Part shown: positions 27,815-40,454 of the stretch, one piece after another | How positions within the stretch are numbered: position 1 is the first letter of the stretch | Layout of the letters: the number at the start of each line of letters is the position of its first letter | Notes under the pieces: model-generated | The model's database searches: none | Told to the model about the DNA's origin: nothing | What the model saw: only the letters and a program-made list of their open reading frames with translations | Origin: Mobula hypostoma | Lineage: Eukaryota | Length of the DNA: 64,000 nt | NCBI RefSeq assembly: GCF_963921235.1 | Contig: NC_086097.1 | Coordinates: forward strand, 15,624,001 to 15,688,000 | Direction: 5' to 3' | Made by a program: the position numbers and the translations under genes

Positions 27815-28265
27815 ATAGGAGGTTCATGGGAATTATCCTGGAAATGAAAGGGTTAACACATGAGGAGAATTTGATGGCTCTGGGCCTGTACTCTCTGGAA
27901 TTTAGAAGAATGATTTCATGAAATATTGAAAGACCTAGATAGAGTGGACATGGAGGGGATATTCCTTATGGTGGGGGATGTCTGGGACCGGTTGGCACAG
28001 ACTCAGAGTACAAGGATGCCCCTTTGCAACAGGAATTAAGTGGAATTTCTTTAGCCATAGCTTGGTGAATCTGTGAAATTCATCACTACAGAAGGCTGTG
28101 GAGGCCAAGTCACCGGCAAAATTAAATTGGAGGTTGAAAGGCTCCTGATTAGTAAGGGTGTCAAAGGTTGCGGGTGAAGGTAGGGGAGTGGGGTGGGATG
28201 ATAGAATGGTGGAGCAGACTTGATGGGCTGAATGGCCTAATGCTGCTCCTATGTCTTATAGTCTA
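27815..28265 (+). mobile_element. Degenerate CR1 3' fragment
   Basis: Homologous to the other CR1 3' ends (ctgggcctgtactctctggaatttagaag; gggctgaatggcctaa...cctatgtctta). Confidence 0.8.
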
Positions 28266-29749
28266 CTGTTTTGACATAAAGGAGGAAAGACAATGATCTT
28301 TCACTTATGTAGATACAAATGTGTTTCTTCCCTTGACTCTATAATGGGCAAAATGTTAGGAAGGAAGTTGAAGCCTGGCTCTAACAAAAAAAAAACTCAG
28401 CAGTCAAGCAGCATCCATGGCTGGAATTAATATTTTAGGTCAGCTTTTCATCCATGAAGTGGAGTGATTTGGATTAGAATCTGCTTCGTAGTGCTCTTGT
28501 TGTGAGGTTCAGTCTTGCCCTGGACTTAAGCATATTAGCATTGCGAGGGTGTGCCGCATTGCCACCAGCCTCGTCCAACAACCAAATGTTAGGTCTTTGT
28601 GCTCCGCAGGTGGGTAATAATCATACAGTTGTACAATGTACCACAATGTACACAGAAATTATTTCCCAATTATCCAAGAGCCCAAAAGCACTATTTCAGT
28701 GCTGCATTGAAGTATTAGATACTCAAGACTTTAGTGGGCTTTGAACTGTCAACCTCAATACTTAGACAAGTTTAAAATGGCTTGTAGGCTTAAGAGACCA
28801 CCCTTGGTATCATGGTTGGCCAAGACATCATGGGCTGAATGGCCTGTTCCTGTACAGTACTGTTCTATGTTCTATGATTAGGGCTACATAGACTGAAAGT
28901 TCGGAGCAAGAGATACCTGTACATGAAGATGTGAAGTGGAATATTTTTCACACAGAGAGGGGCAATAACCGGGAACTTCCTGCTTATGAGGGTGGTAGAT
29001 GTTAGACCATCAATGATTCCTGAATGAAATTGGATGGGCACAAGAGGGAAATAAACTTTCGTGACTCTGAGGATAGAAGAAGAGAATGGGATTGACTGGA
29101 TTGCTTTGCAGAGATCTGAAAGGGACTTGATAAGATGAATGGCCTCCTCCTTTACCGTAAGAATTCCATGTACAGCATGGCCAAATGTAGATTAAATGCC
29201 ATCTCATTATTAGTCATGCATCATTATGTATATCAAATGCCTCCATTTCTATTGGTGTAAAGTCATTGGTTAAGAAGATGTCTTCATGAAATATGTTATA
29301 AATGAATGCATTTTTAAAGTGAAATGTTATTTATCCTTAAAAGACTCAATTGTGGGTGACCAATTGTGCGAAGGATGATTCTTCCTTTTGGGGTAGAGTG
29401 AGTTGGAGGGGTACCAGAAATCTGCATCAGGGTACATTTTGGTCCTTATAGCTCCTTCGTAGTGTTCATAGAGTCATAGAGTACTACAGAGCAGAAGTAG
29501 GCTCCTTGGCCCATCTAGACCATGCTAACTGATCTTCTGCCTCGTCCTATCCAACTGCACCCAATCTATAGTCCTCCATAGCCCTCTCATCCACGTACTG
29601 TACCTCCCAAATTTCTTTTAAGTGTTACAATTGAATCCATACCTACCATTTTCAATAGCAGATTGATCCACACTTGTATCATCCTCTGAGTGAACAAGTT
29701 TCCCCTCAGATTCCTCTTAAATACTTCACCTTTCACCCTAAATCTATAA

Positions 29750-31275
29750 AATCGGAATCAGATGTAATAACATTGGCATATGCCATGAAATTTGTTTCGT
29801 GGCAGTAGTATATTGCAATACATAATAATAAACAACCTATAGATTACAATAAGAAATATATATTAAAATATATTAAATAAATAGTGCAAAAAGAGAGAGA
29901 ACCTGAGGTAATGGTCAAAGGTTCATTGCCCATTCAGAAATCTGATGGCAGAGGGGAAGAAGCTGTTCCTGAATCATTGAGTGTGTGCTTTTAGGCTCCT
30001 GTACCTCCTTTTTGCTGGTGGCAGTGAGAAGAGTGCATATCCTCGGCGATGGGGGTCCTTAATGATAGATGCTGCCTTTTTTAGGCATCGCCTTTTGAAG
30101 GTATCCTGGATGCTGGGGAGGCTAGTGCCCATAATGGAGTTGGCAGAGTTTACGACGTTCTGCAGCTTTTTCCAATTCTGTGCAGTGGCCCCTCTATACC
30201 GGTTAGAATGCTCTCCACAGTACACCTGTGGAAATTTGCACATGTCTTTAGTGACATATCAATTCTCCTCAAACTCCTAATAAAATATAGTTGCTGTTGA
30301 GTTTTCCTTGTAATTGCATTAATATGTTGGGCCCAGGATAAATCTTCAGAGCTGCTGACTCCTGGGAACTTGAGGCTACTCACCCTTTCTATTTCTGATC
30401 CCTCAATAAGGACTGGTAAATGTTCCTCGACTTCCCCTTCCTGAAGTCCACAATCAATTCCTTGGTCTTACTGACACTGAGTGCAAGATTGTTGCTGAGA
30501 CACCACTCAACCAGCTGATCTACAGGACCTTGCTCCTGAAAGCCTCCTCACCATCTGAAATTCTGCCAACAATGGTGTGTCATTGGCAAATTTATAGATG
30601 GTGCTTAACCATGGAATCATGGGTGTAGGGAGAGTAGAGCAGTGGGCTCAGCAGGAAACCTTGAGGTGCGTTGCTGTCAACTATCAGCGAGGAGGAGATG
30701 TTATTTCAAATCCGCACAGACTGTTGTCTCCCGCTGAGGAAGTCAAGGAACCAGTTGCAGAAGGAGGGACTGGCCCAAGATTTGGAGCTTGTTGATTAGA
30801 ACTGAGGGTATGATTGTGTTGAATGCTGAGCTACAGTCAATAATCAGCTACCTGATGTAGATATTACTATTGTACTGGTGATCCAGGGCCGAGTGGAGCC
30901 AGTGAGATTGCACCTGCTGTAGACCTCTTGTGGTGACAGGCAAATTGCATTGGGTCCAGGTCCTTGTTTAGGTAGAAGTTGATTCTAGCCATGATCAACC
31001 TCTTGAAAGCACTTCATCACAGTAGATGCGAGTGCCTCTGGGTGATAGTCACTGTGACAGCTCACCATGCTCTTCCTGGGCACTGGTATGATTGTCATCC
31101 TTTTGAACCTCTGACAGTTGCAGTGAGAGTCTGAAGATGTCCTTGAACACCCCCACCAGTTGGTTGGCACAGGATTTTAGAGCCCCAACAAGTAAACCAT
31201 CAAGTCCTGATGCCTTGCGAGAGATTACCCTCTTGAAAGATGCTCTGATGTCAGCCTCTAAGACAAAGATCACAG
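29750..31275 (-). mobile_element. Degenerate Rex1/Babar-type LINE
   Basis: RKASGLDG, DYHPEALASTVMKCF and KKAASIIKDPHRRGYALFSL motifs in several broken ORFs. Confidence 0.85.
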
Positions 31276-31277
31276 GA

Positions 31278-32040
31278 ACACACATAAAAATTGCTGGTGA
31301 ACGCAGCAGGCCAGGCAGCATCTCTAGGAAGAGGTACAGTCGACGTTTCGGGCCGAGACCCTTCGTCAGGACTAACTGAAAGAAGAGATAGTAAGAAATT
31401 TGAAAGTGGGAGGGGGAGGGGAAGATCCAAAACGATAGGAGAAGACAGGAGGGGGAGGGATGGAGCCAAGAGCTGGACAGGTGACTGGCAAAAGGGATAT
31501 GAGAGGATCATGGGACAGGAGGCGTAGGAAGAAAGAAAGGTGGGGGGGGGGGAGACCAGAGGATGGGCAAGGAGTATAATGAGAGGGACAGAGGGAGAAA
31601 AAGGAGAGAGAAAAAAATATATAATAAATAAATAAATAAATAAATAACAGATGGGGTACGAAGGGGAGGTGGGGTATTAACGGAAGTTAGAGAAGTCAAT
31701 GTTCATGCCATCAGGTTGGAGGCTACCCAGACAGAATATAAGGTGTTGTTCCTCCAAACTGAATGTGGCTTCATCTTGACAGTAGAGGAGGCTGTGGATA
31801 GACATATCAGAATGGGAATGGGATGTGGAATTAAAATGTGTGGCCATTGGGAGATCCTACTTTCTCTGGCAGACAGAGCATAGGTTTTCAGCGAAAAGGT
31901 CTCCCAGCCTGCTTCGGGTTGGGACTCGCCAATATATAGAAGGCCGCACCGGGAGCACCGGACGCAGTATATCGGCCCAGCCGACTTACAGGTGAAGTGT
32001 CACCTCACCTGGAAGGACTGTCTGGGGCCCTGAATGGTGG
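31278..32040 (-). mobile_element. Penelope-like element 3' part (GIY-YIG plus terminal repeat)
   Basis: Highly similar to 42565-43320. Contains the intact hammerhead motif at 31337-31374. Confidence 0.92.
31337..31374 (-). ncRNA. Minimal type I hammerhead ribozyme motif (Penelope-associated)
   Basis: Minus strand reads UAGUC CUGACGA A GGGUCUCGGCCC GAAA CG UC GACUG. This gives an intact CUGANGA/GAAA core, stem I UAGUC/GACUG, stem II GGGU/GCCC, a palindromic ACGU stem III remnant and a GUC cleavage triplet. Confidence 0.75.
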
Positions 32041-32655
32041 CGAGACCTCACGCAGGCTGGCAGACCGTTTCGCTGAACACCTACGCTCTGATTGCACATT
32101 GCACACTTAGACAGAGACGGAAGGTAAAGATTTTTACTCCTCATGTATGTGAAGGATGTAAGAAATAAAGTCAATTCAATATATATACATACTCACACAA
32201 ATTCTTCAGTACTTTTATTTATTGAAAGTTGTTGATTTTTGTTGAATGTTGTACCAACACACCTCAGCCAAGTCCTGATACATGTAAGTGTACGGTGTAT
32301 GGTAAATCAAGTTGATTATTAATCCTTTATTAATTAGCCTTCCTTGTGAACTGGAACATTATGCTTGTCTGCATCTATAGGGCATCTATACCTTGGTGCT
32401 AACACGTTATACAGTTATGAATATCATTTCATATTAATCTTGTCAGATTTAGAAACTCATGCACAGTTCTTGACATTTCCTTTAATCGTATGAGACTGAT
32501 GGGCATGTGAATTTCCGGAAACTACTCTCTGTTTTTGGGTGAGATTGTGATTTTTGTTTGTGGGGTAGGATGAGAACGTGGGTTGGTTGTAAAATGTAAT
32601 GGCTGAATTAGCACAACTCACCTTTCATTCACAGCATGTTAATTCTGTTGCAGAA

Positions 32656-32736
32656 ATGTTGGCTGCATTGGCACTGACAGTGCTCTGGATCAGAGCAGGG
32701 CTGGCACAGGAGGCGGATTCAGCTGTTTCAATTACG
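32656..32736 (+). CDS. FBLN5-like: Short fibulin (fibulin-5-like), first coding exon: signal peptide MLAALALTVLWIRAGLAQEADSAVSIT
   Basis: Acceptor ttctgttgcag ends at 32653, ATG at 32656, hydrophobic signal peptide with a G-L-A|Q type cleavage site, phase-0 donor ACG|gtaatt at 32736/7. Splices in frame to the exon at 38688. Confidence 0.8.
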
Positions 32737-33216
32737 GTAATTACTAACAAGAACCTCCGAGAAGGCCCAGAAGACTGGATGAAGTAAAATCATTTCAATA
32801 GACAGGGATTGCCGAAAGAGAAAATGCTGGAGATGCTTCACAATGTCAGGCTGCATCTTAGGGAAGAGAAACAAGAGTCAATGTTTCAGATCGAAGGCTT
32901 TCTGTCAGATCTGGGAAGGAGACAATAAAAGTTGTTGTGATTATTAAGTTTTGTAACTCCAGAAACTAATTCAAAGAAAAGTATGGGACCTTAAGAGCAG
33001 CTTCTTCCCCTTTGGTATCAGATTTCTGAATGGCCCATGAACCCTCGCTATTCCTCTTTTGCCTTATTTTATTTATTTTGCTATTGTAACTTAAAGTAAT
33101 TTGTTAGGCCTGCATTATACTGCTGCCACAAACAACAAATTTCACCACTGAAGTCAGTGACCATACATCTGATTTTGATTTTGGATGCTTTGTGCTTGAG
33201 CCCAAATACAGCATTA

Positions 33217-35965
33217 GACCATAAGACCATAAGACATAGGAGCAGAATTAGACCATCTGGCCTATAGAGTCTGCTCCGCCATTCAATCATGGCTGACCCT
33301 TTTTTTCTATCTCCTCCTCAACCCCAGATCCTGGCCTTCTCCCCGTAACCTTTGTTGCCATGTCCAATCAGGAACCTATCAAACTCTGCCTTAAATACAC
33401 CCAACGACCTGGCCTCCACAGCCGCATGTGGCAACAGATTCCACAAATTCACCACCATTTGGCTAAAGAAATTTCTCTGCATCTCTGTTTTGAATGGACG
33501 CCCCTCTATCCTGAGGCTGTTCCCTCTTGACCTAGACTCTCCCACCATGGGAAACATCCTTTCCACATCTACTCTGTCTAGGCCTTTCAACATTCAAAAG
33601 ATTTCAATGAGATCTCCCCCTCATCCCTCAGAATTCCAGTGAGTACAGACCCAGAGTCATCAAACATTCCTCATATGATAACTATTCCATTCCCAGAATC
33701 ATCCTTGTGAACCTCCTCTGAACCCTCTCCAATGCCAGCATATCTCTTCCAAGATGGGGCCCAAAACTCAAGGTGAGGCCTCAACAGTGCTTTATAAAGC
33801 CTCAGCATCACATCCTTCCTCTTGGAATGAATGCTAACATGTATTCTAGACTTCTTGAACTGAATGCTAATATGGCATTGCCTTCCTCACCACTGACTTA
33901 ACCTGCAAGTTAATCTTCAGGGTGTTCTGCACAAGGACTCCCAAGTCCCCATGCATCCCAGATTCCTGGATTTTCTCCCCATTTACAAAATAGCCCGCAC
34001 ATTTATTTCTACTACCAAAGTGCGTGACCCTGCATTTTCCAACATTGTAGTCCATTTGCCATTTTCTTGCCCATTCTCCTAATCTGTCTAAGTCCTTCTG
34101 CATCCTATCAGTTTCCTCAACACTACCTGCCCCTCCACCAATCTTTGTATCATCTGCAACAAAGCCACCTATTCCATCATCTAAATCATTTATATACGGC
34201 ATAAAGAGAAGTGGTCCCAACACCAACCCTTGCGGACCACCATTAGTCACTGACAGCCAACCAGAAAAGGAATCTTTTATTCTCACTCACTACCTCCTAC
34301 CAATCAGCCAATGCTCTAACCATGTTAGGAACTTTCCTGTAATACCATGTGCTCTTAACTTGATAAGCAGTCTCGTGTGGCACCTTTATCAACGGCCTTC
34401 TGAAAGTACAAATATACAACATCCATTGCATCTCCTTTACCTATTCTACTTGTAATCTCCTCAAATAAATCCAGCAGGTTCCAGGCAGGATTTTCCCTGA
34501 ATGAAACCATGCTGACTTTGTATTATCTTGTCCTGTGTCACCAAGTACTCCATCACCTCATCTTTAACAATTGACTAACATCTTCTCAACCACTGAGGTC
34601 AGGCTAACTGGTCTATCATTTCCTTTCTGCTGCCTTCCTCCTTTCTTAAAAAGAGGAGTAACATTTGCAATTTTCCAGTCCTCTGGCACCATGCCAGAGT
34701 CCAGTGATTTTTGAAAGATCATTTCTAATGCCATCACAATCCCTAAAGCTACCTCTTTCAGATCCCTAGTGTGCAGTTCCTCTGGTCCAGGTGACGTGTG
34801 TACCTTTAGGTCTTTCAGCTTTTTGAGTACTTTCTCTCTTGTAACAGTAACTGCACCCACTTCTCTTCCTTCACACACTACGACATCAGGCATACTGCTA
34901 GTGTCTTCCACAGTGAAGAGTGATGCAAAATACTCATTTAGTTCATCAGCCATCCCCTTGTCCCCTGTTACTCTTTCTCTCTAGCAGTCCTATATCCAGT
35001 CTCATTTCTCTTTTATTTTTAACATAGTTGAAAAAAACTTTTTACCATCTTTGGTATTATTGACTAGCTTGCTTTCATATTTCATCTTTTCCCTTCTAAT
35101 GACTTTTTTAGTTGCTCTCTGTAGGTTTAAAAAAACTTCCCAATCCTCTATCTTCCCACTAATTTTTGCTTTGTTGTATGCCCTTTCTTTTGCTTTTACA
35201 ATAGCTTTGACTTTTGTCAGCCACAGTTGTACTATTTTACCATTTGAGTATTTCTTTTTTTTTGGAATACACATCTCCTGCACCTTTCTCATTTTCCCCA
35301 GAAACTCACGCCATTACTGCTCTGCTGTCATCCCTGCCAGCAGCTCCTTCCAATTTACTTTGGCCATCTCCTCTCTCATACCATTGTAATTTCCCTTACT
35401 CCACTGGAATATTGCTACAACAGACTTTACTTTCTCCCTATCAAATTTCAAGTTGAACTCAATCATATTGTGATCACTGGTTCCTAAGGGTTCTTTCTCC
35501 TTAAGCTCCCTAATCGCTTCTGGTTCATTACATAACACCCAATCCAGTATAGATGGTCCCCTAGTAGACTCAATGACAAACAACAAGCTATCTTTTAGGG
35601 ATTCAACAAACTCCCTCTCTTAAGATCCATTACCAACCTGATTTTCCCAATCGACTTGCATATTAAAATCTCCCATGACTACCATAACATTGCGCTTTTG
35701 ACTCACCTTTTCTATTTCCTGTTGTAACCTATGGTCCATCTCCCAGCCACTGTTGGGAGGTCTGTATATAAATGCCATCAATGTCCTTTTACTCTTGCAG
35801 TTTCTTAACTCAACCCACAAGGATTCAACATCTTCCAATCCTATGTCACATCTTTCTACTGATTTGATGCCATTCTTTACCAGCAGAGCCACACCACCCC
35901 CTCTGCCTACTTTCCTATCCCTCCAATATAACGTGTTACCTTGGACATTCAGCTCCCAAGTACAA
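33217..35965 (-). mobile_element. CR1 LINE, about 2.7 kb ORF2 remnant (endonuclease plus RT)
   Basis: IYRPPNS, MGDFN, ILDWVLCN, SDHNMIEF, SPGPE, WKIANVTPLFKKG, PQGLVLGP and VADD motifs; (gaccataa)n tail. Confidence 0.95.
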
Positions 35966-38687
35966 TCATTAGGGGTGGTGGTGTGATGGAATTGGGTTCA
36001 TTGGCCACAAAGCCCTAAACTTAAACGGAGATTTTAATCCCCATCCAATATAGGTATCTACAGGTACCCTCACTATGGGGCAATTATACTGTAACCACCT
36101 TTATAGACTAGCTTACTTCCCTGTCTAGTCTTTCTGACCAGGTATAACTGCCAATACCCATGACTTGAGTGGTTTGTTCCCCCTCCCTTCCAAGGAAGAG
36201 ATACTTCCAGCTAATGAAGTAGTTTAAACACAGTTTATTTTAGTTTCATATATATTAAATTTTTATATTTTTATTTTATTTTAATGCACGTTTTAACTTT
36301 AGGCAAATAGCTCTTAAAACACATTTAACACACACTAAGGATTTCTGGATAACAGAAGATGTATAAACTGCAAAGGATTTCCAAACACGGTACAATTTTT
36401 GCAAACTAAAAGAACATACCATCAAGTTGCAGATGAACAAGTTGTCTGTCACAAAAGCCAAAGGTTGAGGAATGAGTTCTAGTTCTTCCTTCTGTCACTC
36501 CATCTTTCTATCATTCTCCTTGATAGTCCTAACAATCCTCAATGCTTTCTAATATTTATACTGAAGACTGCTACTAGGTGACATTATTTGCATGTAATGT
36601 TTTCCAGGTAACTTTGCTGGGACAAAGTAATTCACACAGATGGTCTAAAACCTTCTGGAGAGTGGAATTCCAGATATCCACAATCAATGCTGCATACACA
36701 AATATCCCAGCCACAGATTGTTCATACCTGTGACCATGTTTGGGTGGTGGATAACTAATCAGGGGAGAATGAGGATTAATTGGGTCCTGTGTGTTGGAGG
36801 TAATCTGTTTAGGCCAATCAACTTTAAGGAATGGCAACATATCAAACATATGCAAGCCAGCAATATTATCCACCATGACTTTAAATGTTAAATTAGGCAT
36901 AATGATTAAATAATATTGAGATCTGAGCAGTATAGAACAGATTCAGGCAAGAATGGAAAATATAACAGGACTGTGAGGGACAACTTTATCACACACAAGA
37001 GGGTGGGTATGTGGAACCAGCTGCCAAAGGAAATGGTGGAGGTTGGTACAATTACAATATTTAGAAGTCATTTAGAAGGATATAGGCCAAACACTGTCAA
37101 ATGGGATTAACTCAGGTAAGTAACTTGGTTGCCATGGACCAGTTGGGCCAATGGGCCTGTTTTTGTGCTCTGTGAATCTGACTCTAAAAGTCCCAAGGTG
37201 GAGTGAAGTGTTGGGAATCTGAGGTGGGATGGGTGTTGATTTAGGAGGTGGGAGGAGGGTAGGTGGTCACAAATGAGAAAACATCTTGAATTTATATAAC
37301 CTCCTTAGTGTAACAGAACACCCAAAGGTGCTTCCCAAACACATTTCTGAATAGAGTATGAAGTTCAATAAAGAAATATGAAGGCAATTAGCCAATTGTT
37401 TGGTCAGGCACACACAAGTTTAAGAATATCTTAGGGGAACATGAAAGAGGGATTGCGTCAGGGGAGGATATGGCAGCTATAGACTTGGATGTCAATGGCA
37501 GGGCTTATGAAATAAGAGATGATTGAGAGATCCAGATTGGAGGAAAATAACTCTCATGAATTAGAGACAGGACAGGATATGATCAAAGCAGTGTTTTAGA
37601 TTCAAAGTACATTTAATATCAAAGAATGTATAAATTATACGGCCTTGAGATTTGTTTGCTTACAGGCAGTGACAAAGCAAGGAACCTGAAAGAGCCCAAT
37701 TAAAAAAAAATAAAGACCAACCGCAAATGTGCACAGAGAAAGAGAGAGAGAAAAAGAAAAGAAAACAAATCATGCAAATAGAAGCGAGTAACAGCAACGG
37801 TGCTTTAGATGACTAGCGAGGTCTTAAAGGTCAGAATGATGAAGGCCAGCCATCAGTGCATTGGAACTATCATGGCTAGAGATAATAAAGGCATGGATCT
37901 GCGTTGTAGTGTGAGCTGAGATGAGCTGAAAGAGGTTGGACAGTGTTTTTTTTTGCAATGGGAATGGGAATAGGAGACATTAGTGACTCCCAATTCCATT
38001 TTGTAGCTCTGACCACTTTTTGAGAGTTTCTGCATTACAGTTGCTCGTGGTGAAAAGCTGAACTAGTATTATGGAAAAGCGGTTATGGTTCATAGAATTT
38101 ATAGTGCTATACAGCACAGAAACAAGCACTTCAGTCCATGCTGACCAAGGCATACCCACCAAGATAGTCCCATTTGCCACTCTTGGGCTCGTACTCTTCT
38201 AAACACAAAATACTCTGCAGATGCTGGGGTCAAAGCAACACTCACAGCATGTTGGAGGAACTCAGCAGGTCGGGCAGCATCCGTGGAAATGATCAGACAA
38301 CGTTTCGGGCCGACCCGCTGAGTTCCTCCAGCGTGTTGTGAGTGTTGCTCGTACTCTTCTAAACCTTCCCAATCCATGTACTTGTCCAACTTCCAGGTCT
38401 GCTCCACCATTTGATCATGGCTGATTTATTTTCCCTCTCAAACCCTTTCTCCTGCATTCTCTTTTTTACTGAACACTGTTGAAAAAAAAATTGCTGAACT
38501 TCCACACAAGGAAAAAGGACATGAAATAGCTAACGGTCAGAGTATTTTGGGCAAATGTTATCAAGGAATGGAGAGGATGCCTGAGGACAGATGTCAACTT
38601 AATGTAAGACACAGGCAGGTGAGGATCTCTTGCTGACTCTGCTCGATGTGTTTAATGAAGAGGTTGTTCTGTCTTGTTCTATTTCAG

Positions 38688-38736
38688 CGGTGTTCTGATG
38701 GCTATCGACTGGACCGCTCATCGGGACAATGCAGAG
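38688..38736 (+). CDS. FBLN5-like: Short fibulin 49-nt coding exon: RCSDGYRLDRSSGQCR
   Basis: Acceptor gtcttgttctatttcag, phase-1 donor AG|gtgaga. Resembles fibulin-5 QCTNGFDLDRQSGQCL and EFEMP1 QCTDGYEWDPVRQQCK (recalled). Confidence 0.9.
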
Positions 38737-39019
38737 GTGAGACACATTTACTACTCAGTTTACGTAGCATCTTTCCTGGGCACAGCAAGGTCCAATAGAC
38801 ATCAATCTGGCTATTGAACACAGGATATAGAATGTAACAGTGTAGGTGTTGTGACAATCTATTAGTTTACTCTAAGATCAATCTAACCCTTCACTCTTGC
38901 ATCATCCTCCATTTTTCTATCATCTTTTGAAGAATTGGACTCGTTCTTCACCTTGTAGTTCAAGGAAAGGGGAGGATGAGGTTTCCATTAATCTAGTTCC
39001 CATTTCATGTTCTTGGGAT

Positions 39020-39370
39020 TGCCCAGGGGCGCTTTGCATTGAAGTGCTTCTGGAATGAACTGCTGGTGTGTTAGAAGGGAGCACAGTTAAATCTTACATT
39101 AAGTAATGTGATTCACTGCTAGCTACTCTGCTTTGGAGAGGCGAGGTTGATGAGCCTTTGAGTAATCAGTAATCCCATGGAGAGGTTTACATCCTGTCGA
39201 GAGGACACTTGGGCCTTTGTTTCATGCATGGCTCAGAAAGGCAGCACCTGTGACTGTGCAGCACTCACTCAGTACTGCACTAAAACGTGGTGTGTGAAAC
39301 TCTCTGGAGCCGGGCTTGGGGTCTTCGAGCATTTGGCTTGATCAACCGCGCTCCCACCGAGCCATGTTCC
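39020..39370 (-). mobile_element. Deu-domain SINE (SacSINE1/AmnSINE1-like), ancient
   Basis: Minus strand gtgcagtactgagtgagtgctgcacagtcacaggtgctgcctttctgag resembles the recalled Deu core GTGCAGTACTGAGGGAGTGCTGCACTGTCGGAGGTGCCGTCTTTC. Confidence 0.65.
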
Positions 39371-39579
39371 GTACCGTGAGAGGGAACCAGCAGCACTCCA
39401 ATCTAGAATAATACAGTCCAGAGACAGGCCCATGTCCACACTGACCATGAAGAGTCTATCGATTCCAATCACATTTGTAGGCTATGATTCAGCCTTCTAC
39501 GCCTGTTGCAATATAACATCTCAGCCAAAGTGTGCCACACTGAGAGTACAGCAGCTCTACTGGTGTACGTGTTCCTGAA

Positions 39580-40205
39580 ACCCAAAGCCTGCAAGTTGAT
39601 GGCGTAGTTAATGAGGCATATGTTATGCTGGCCCTCATTGGTTGGGGGATTGAGTTCAAGAGTCTCAAGGATAAAGCTGCAGCTCTATAAAACTCTGGTT
39701 AGAACACTTGGAGTATTGTGTTCATTTCTGGTCTCCTCATTATAGGAAAGAATGTGGAAGCTTTAGAGAGGGTGCAGAGGAGATTTACCAGGATGCTGCC
39801 TGAAAGCATCTTGTGAAGACGGGCTATGTGAGCTAGGGCCTTTCCATTTGGAGTGAAGGAGGATAAGGGGTGTATAAAATGATAAGAGGCATACATAGAG
39901 TGGACAACCAGCAATTTATTCCTAGGGTAGATATAGATAGTATAAGAAGGCATAATTTTAAGGTGATTGGGGATGTCAGAGTTAGTTCTTTTTACACAGA
40001 GATTGGTGGGTGTGTGGAATACGTTGCCAAGGGTGGTGATAGAGGCAAGTGCAATAGGGGCATTTAACAGATAGGCACATGGATGAAAAATAAATGGAAG
40101 GCTATGTGGGAGGGAAGAGTTAGAGTGAGCTTGGAGTAGGTTACAGGATCAGCACAACATCATGGGCCGAAGGGCCTGTAGTGTGTTGTACTGTTCTAGG
40201 TTCAC
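39580..40205 (+). mobile_element. Degenerate CR1 3' fragment
   Basis: LYKTLVRT.LEYCV and ERVQRRFTRMLP motifs plus 3' UTR. Confidence 0.85.
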
Positions 40206-40454
40206 TGCTGCCCATTTCATGCTGGGAGTGGAGACAGGGTTCTAAACATCAGCCTGCTGCTGGTGCTAATGGCTGGCCAATGGACCTTGTATCAGGAAGG
40301 GAGATGGAGCTATAGCCATACAAATACTCACGTGTAGAGCTACTGGTAGAGGAATCGAAAAGCAAAATAACAATGCTGGATATTGGAAACAAAAGCAGGA
40401 AATGCTCAGCAGGTTGGGCAGCGTCTGCAGAGAGAGAAACTAATGAAGGGCTAT

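Noticed and set aside
32599..32655. In-frame upstream ATG extending the signal-peptide ORF (MAELAQLTF...)
   Set aside because: It overlaps the pyrimidine tract and AG acceptor at 32653 and would push the signal peptide inward. It is more likely intronic.
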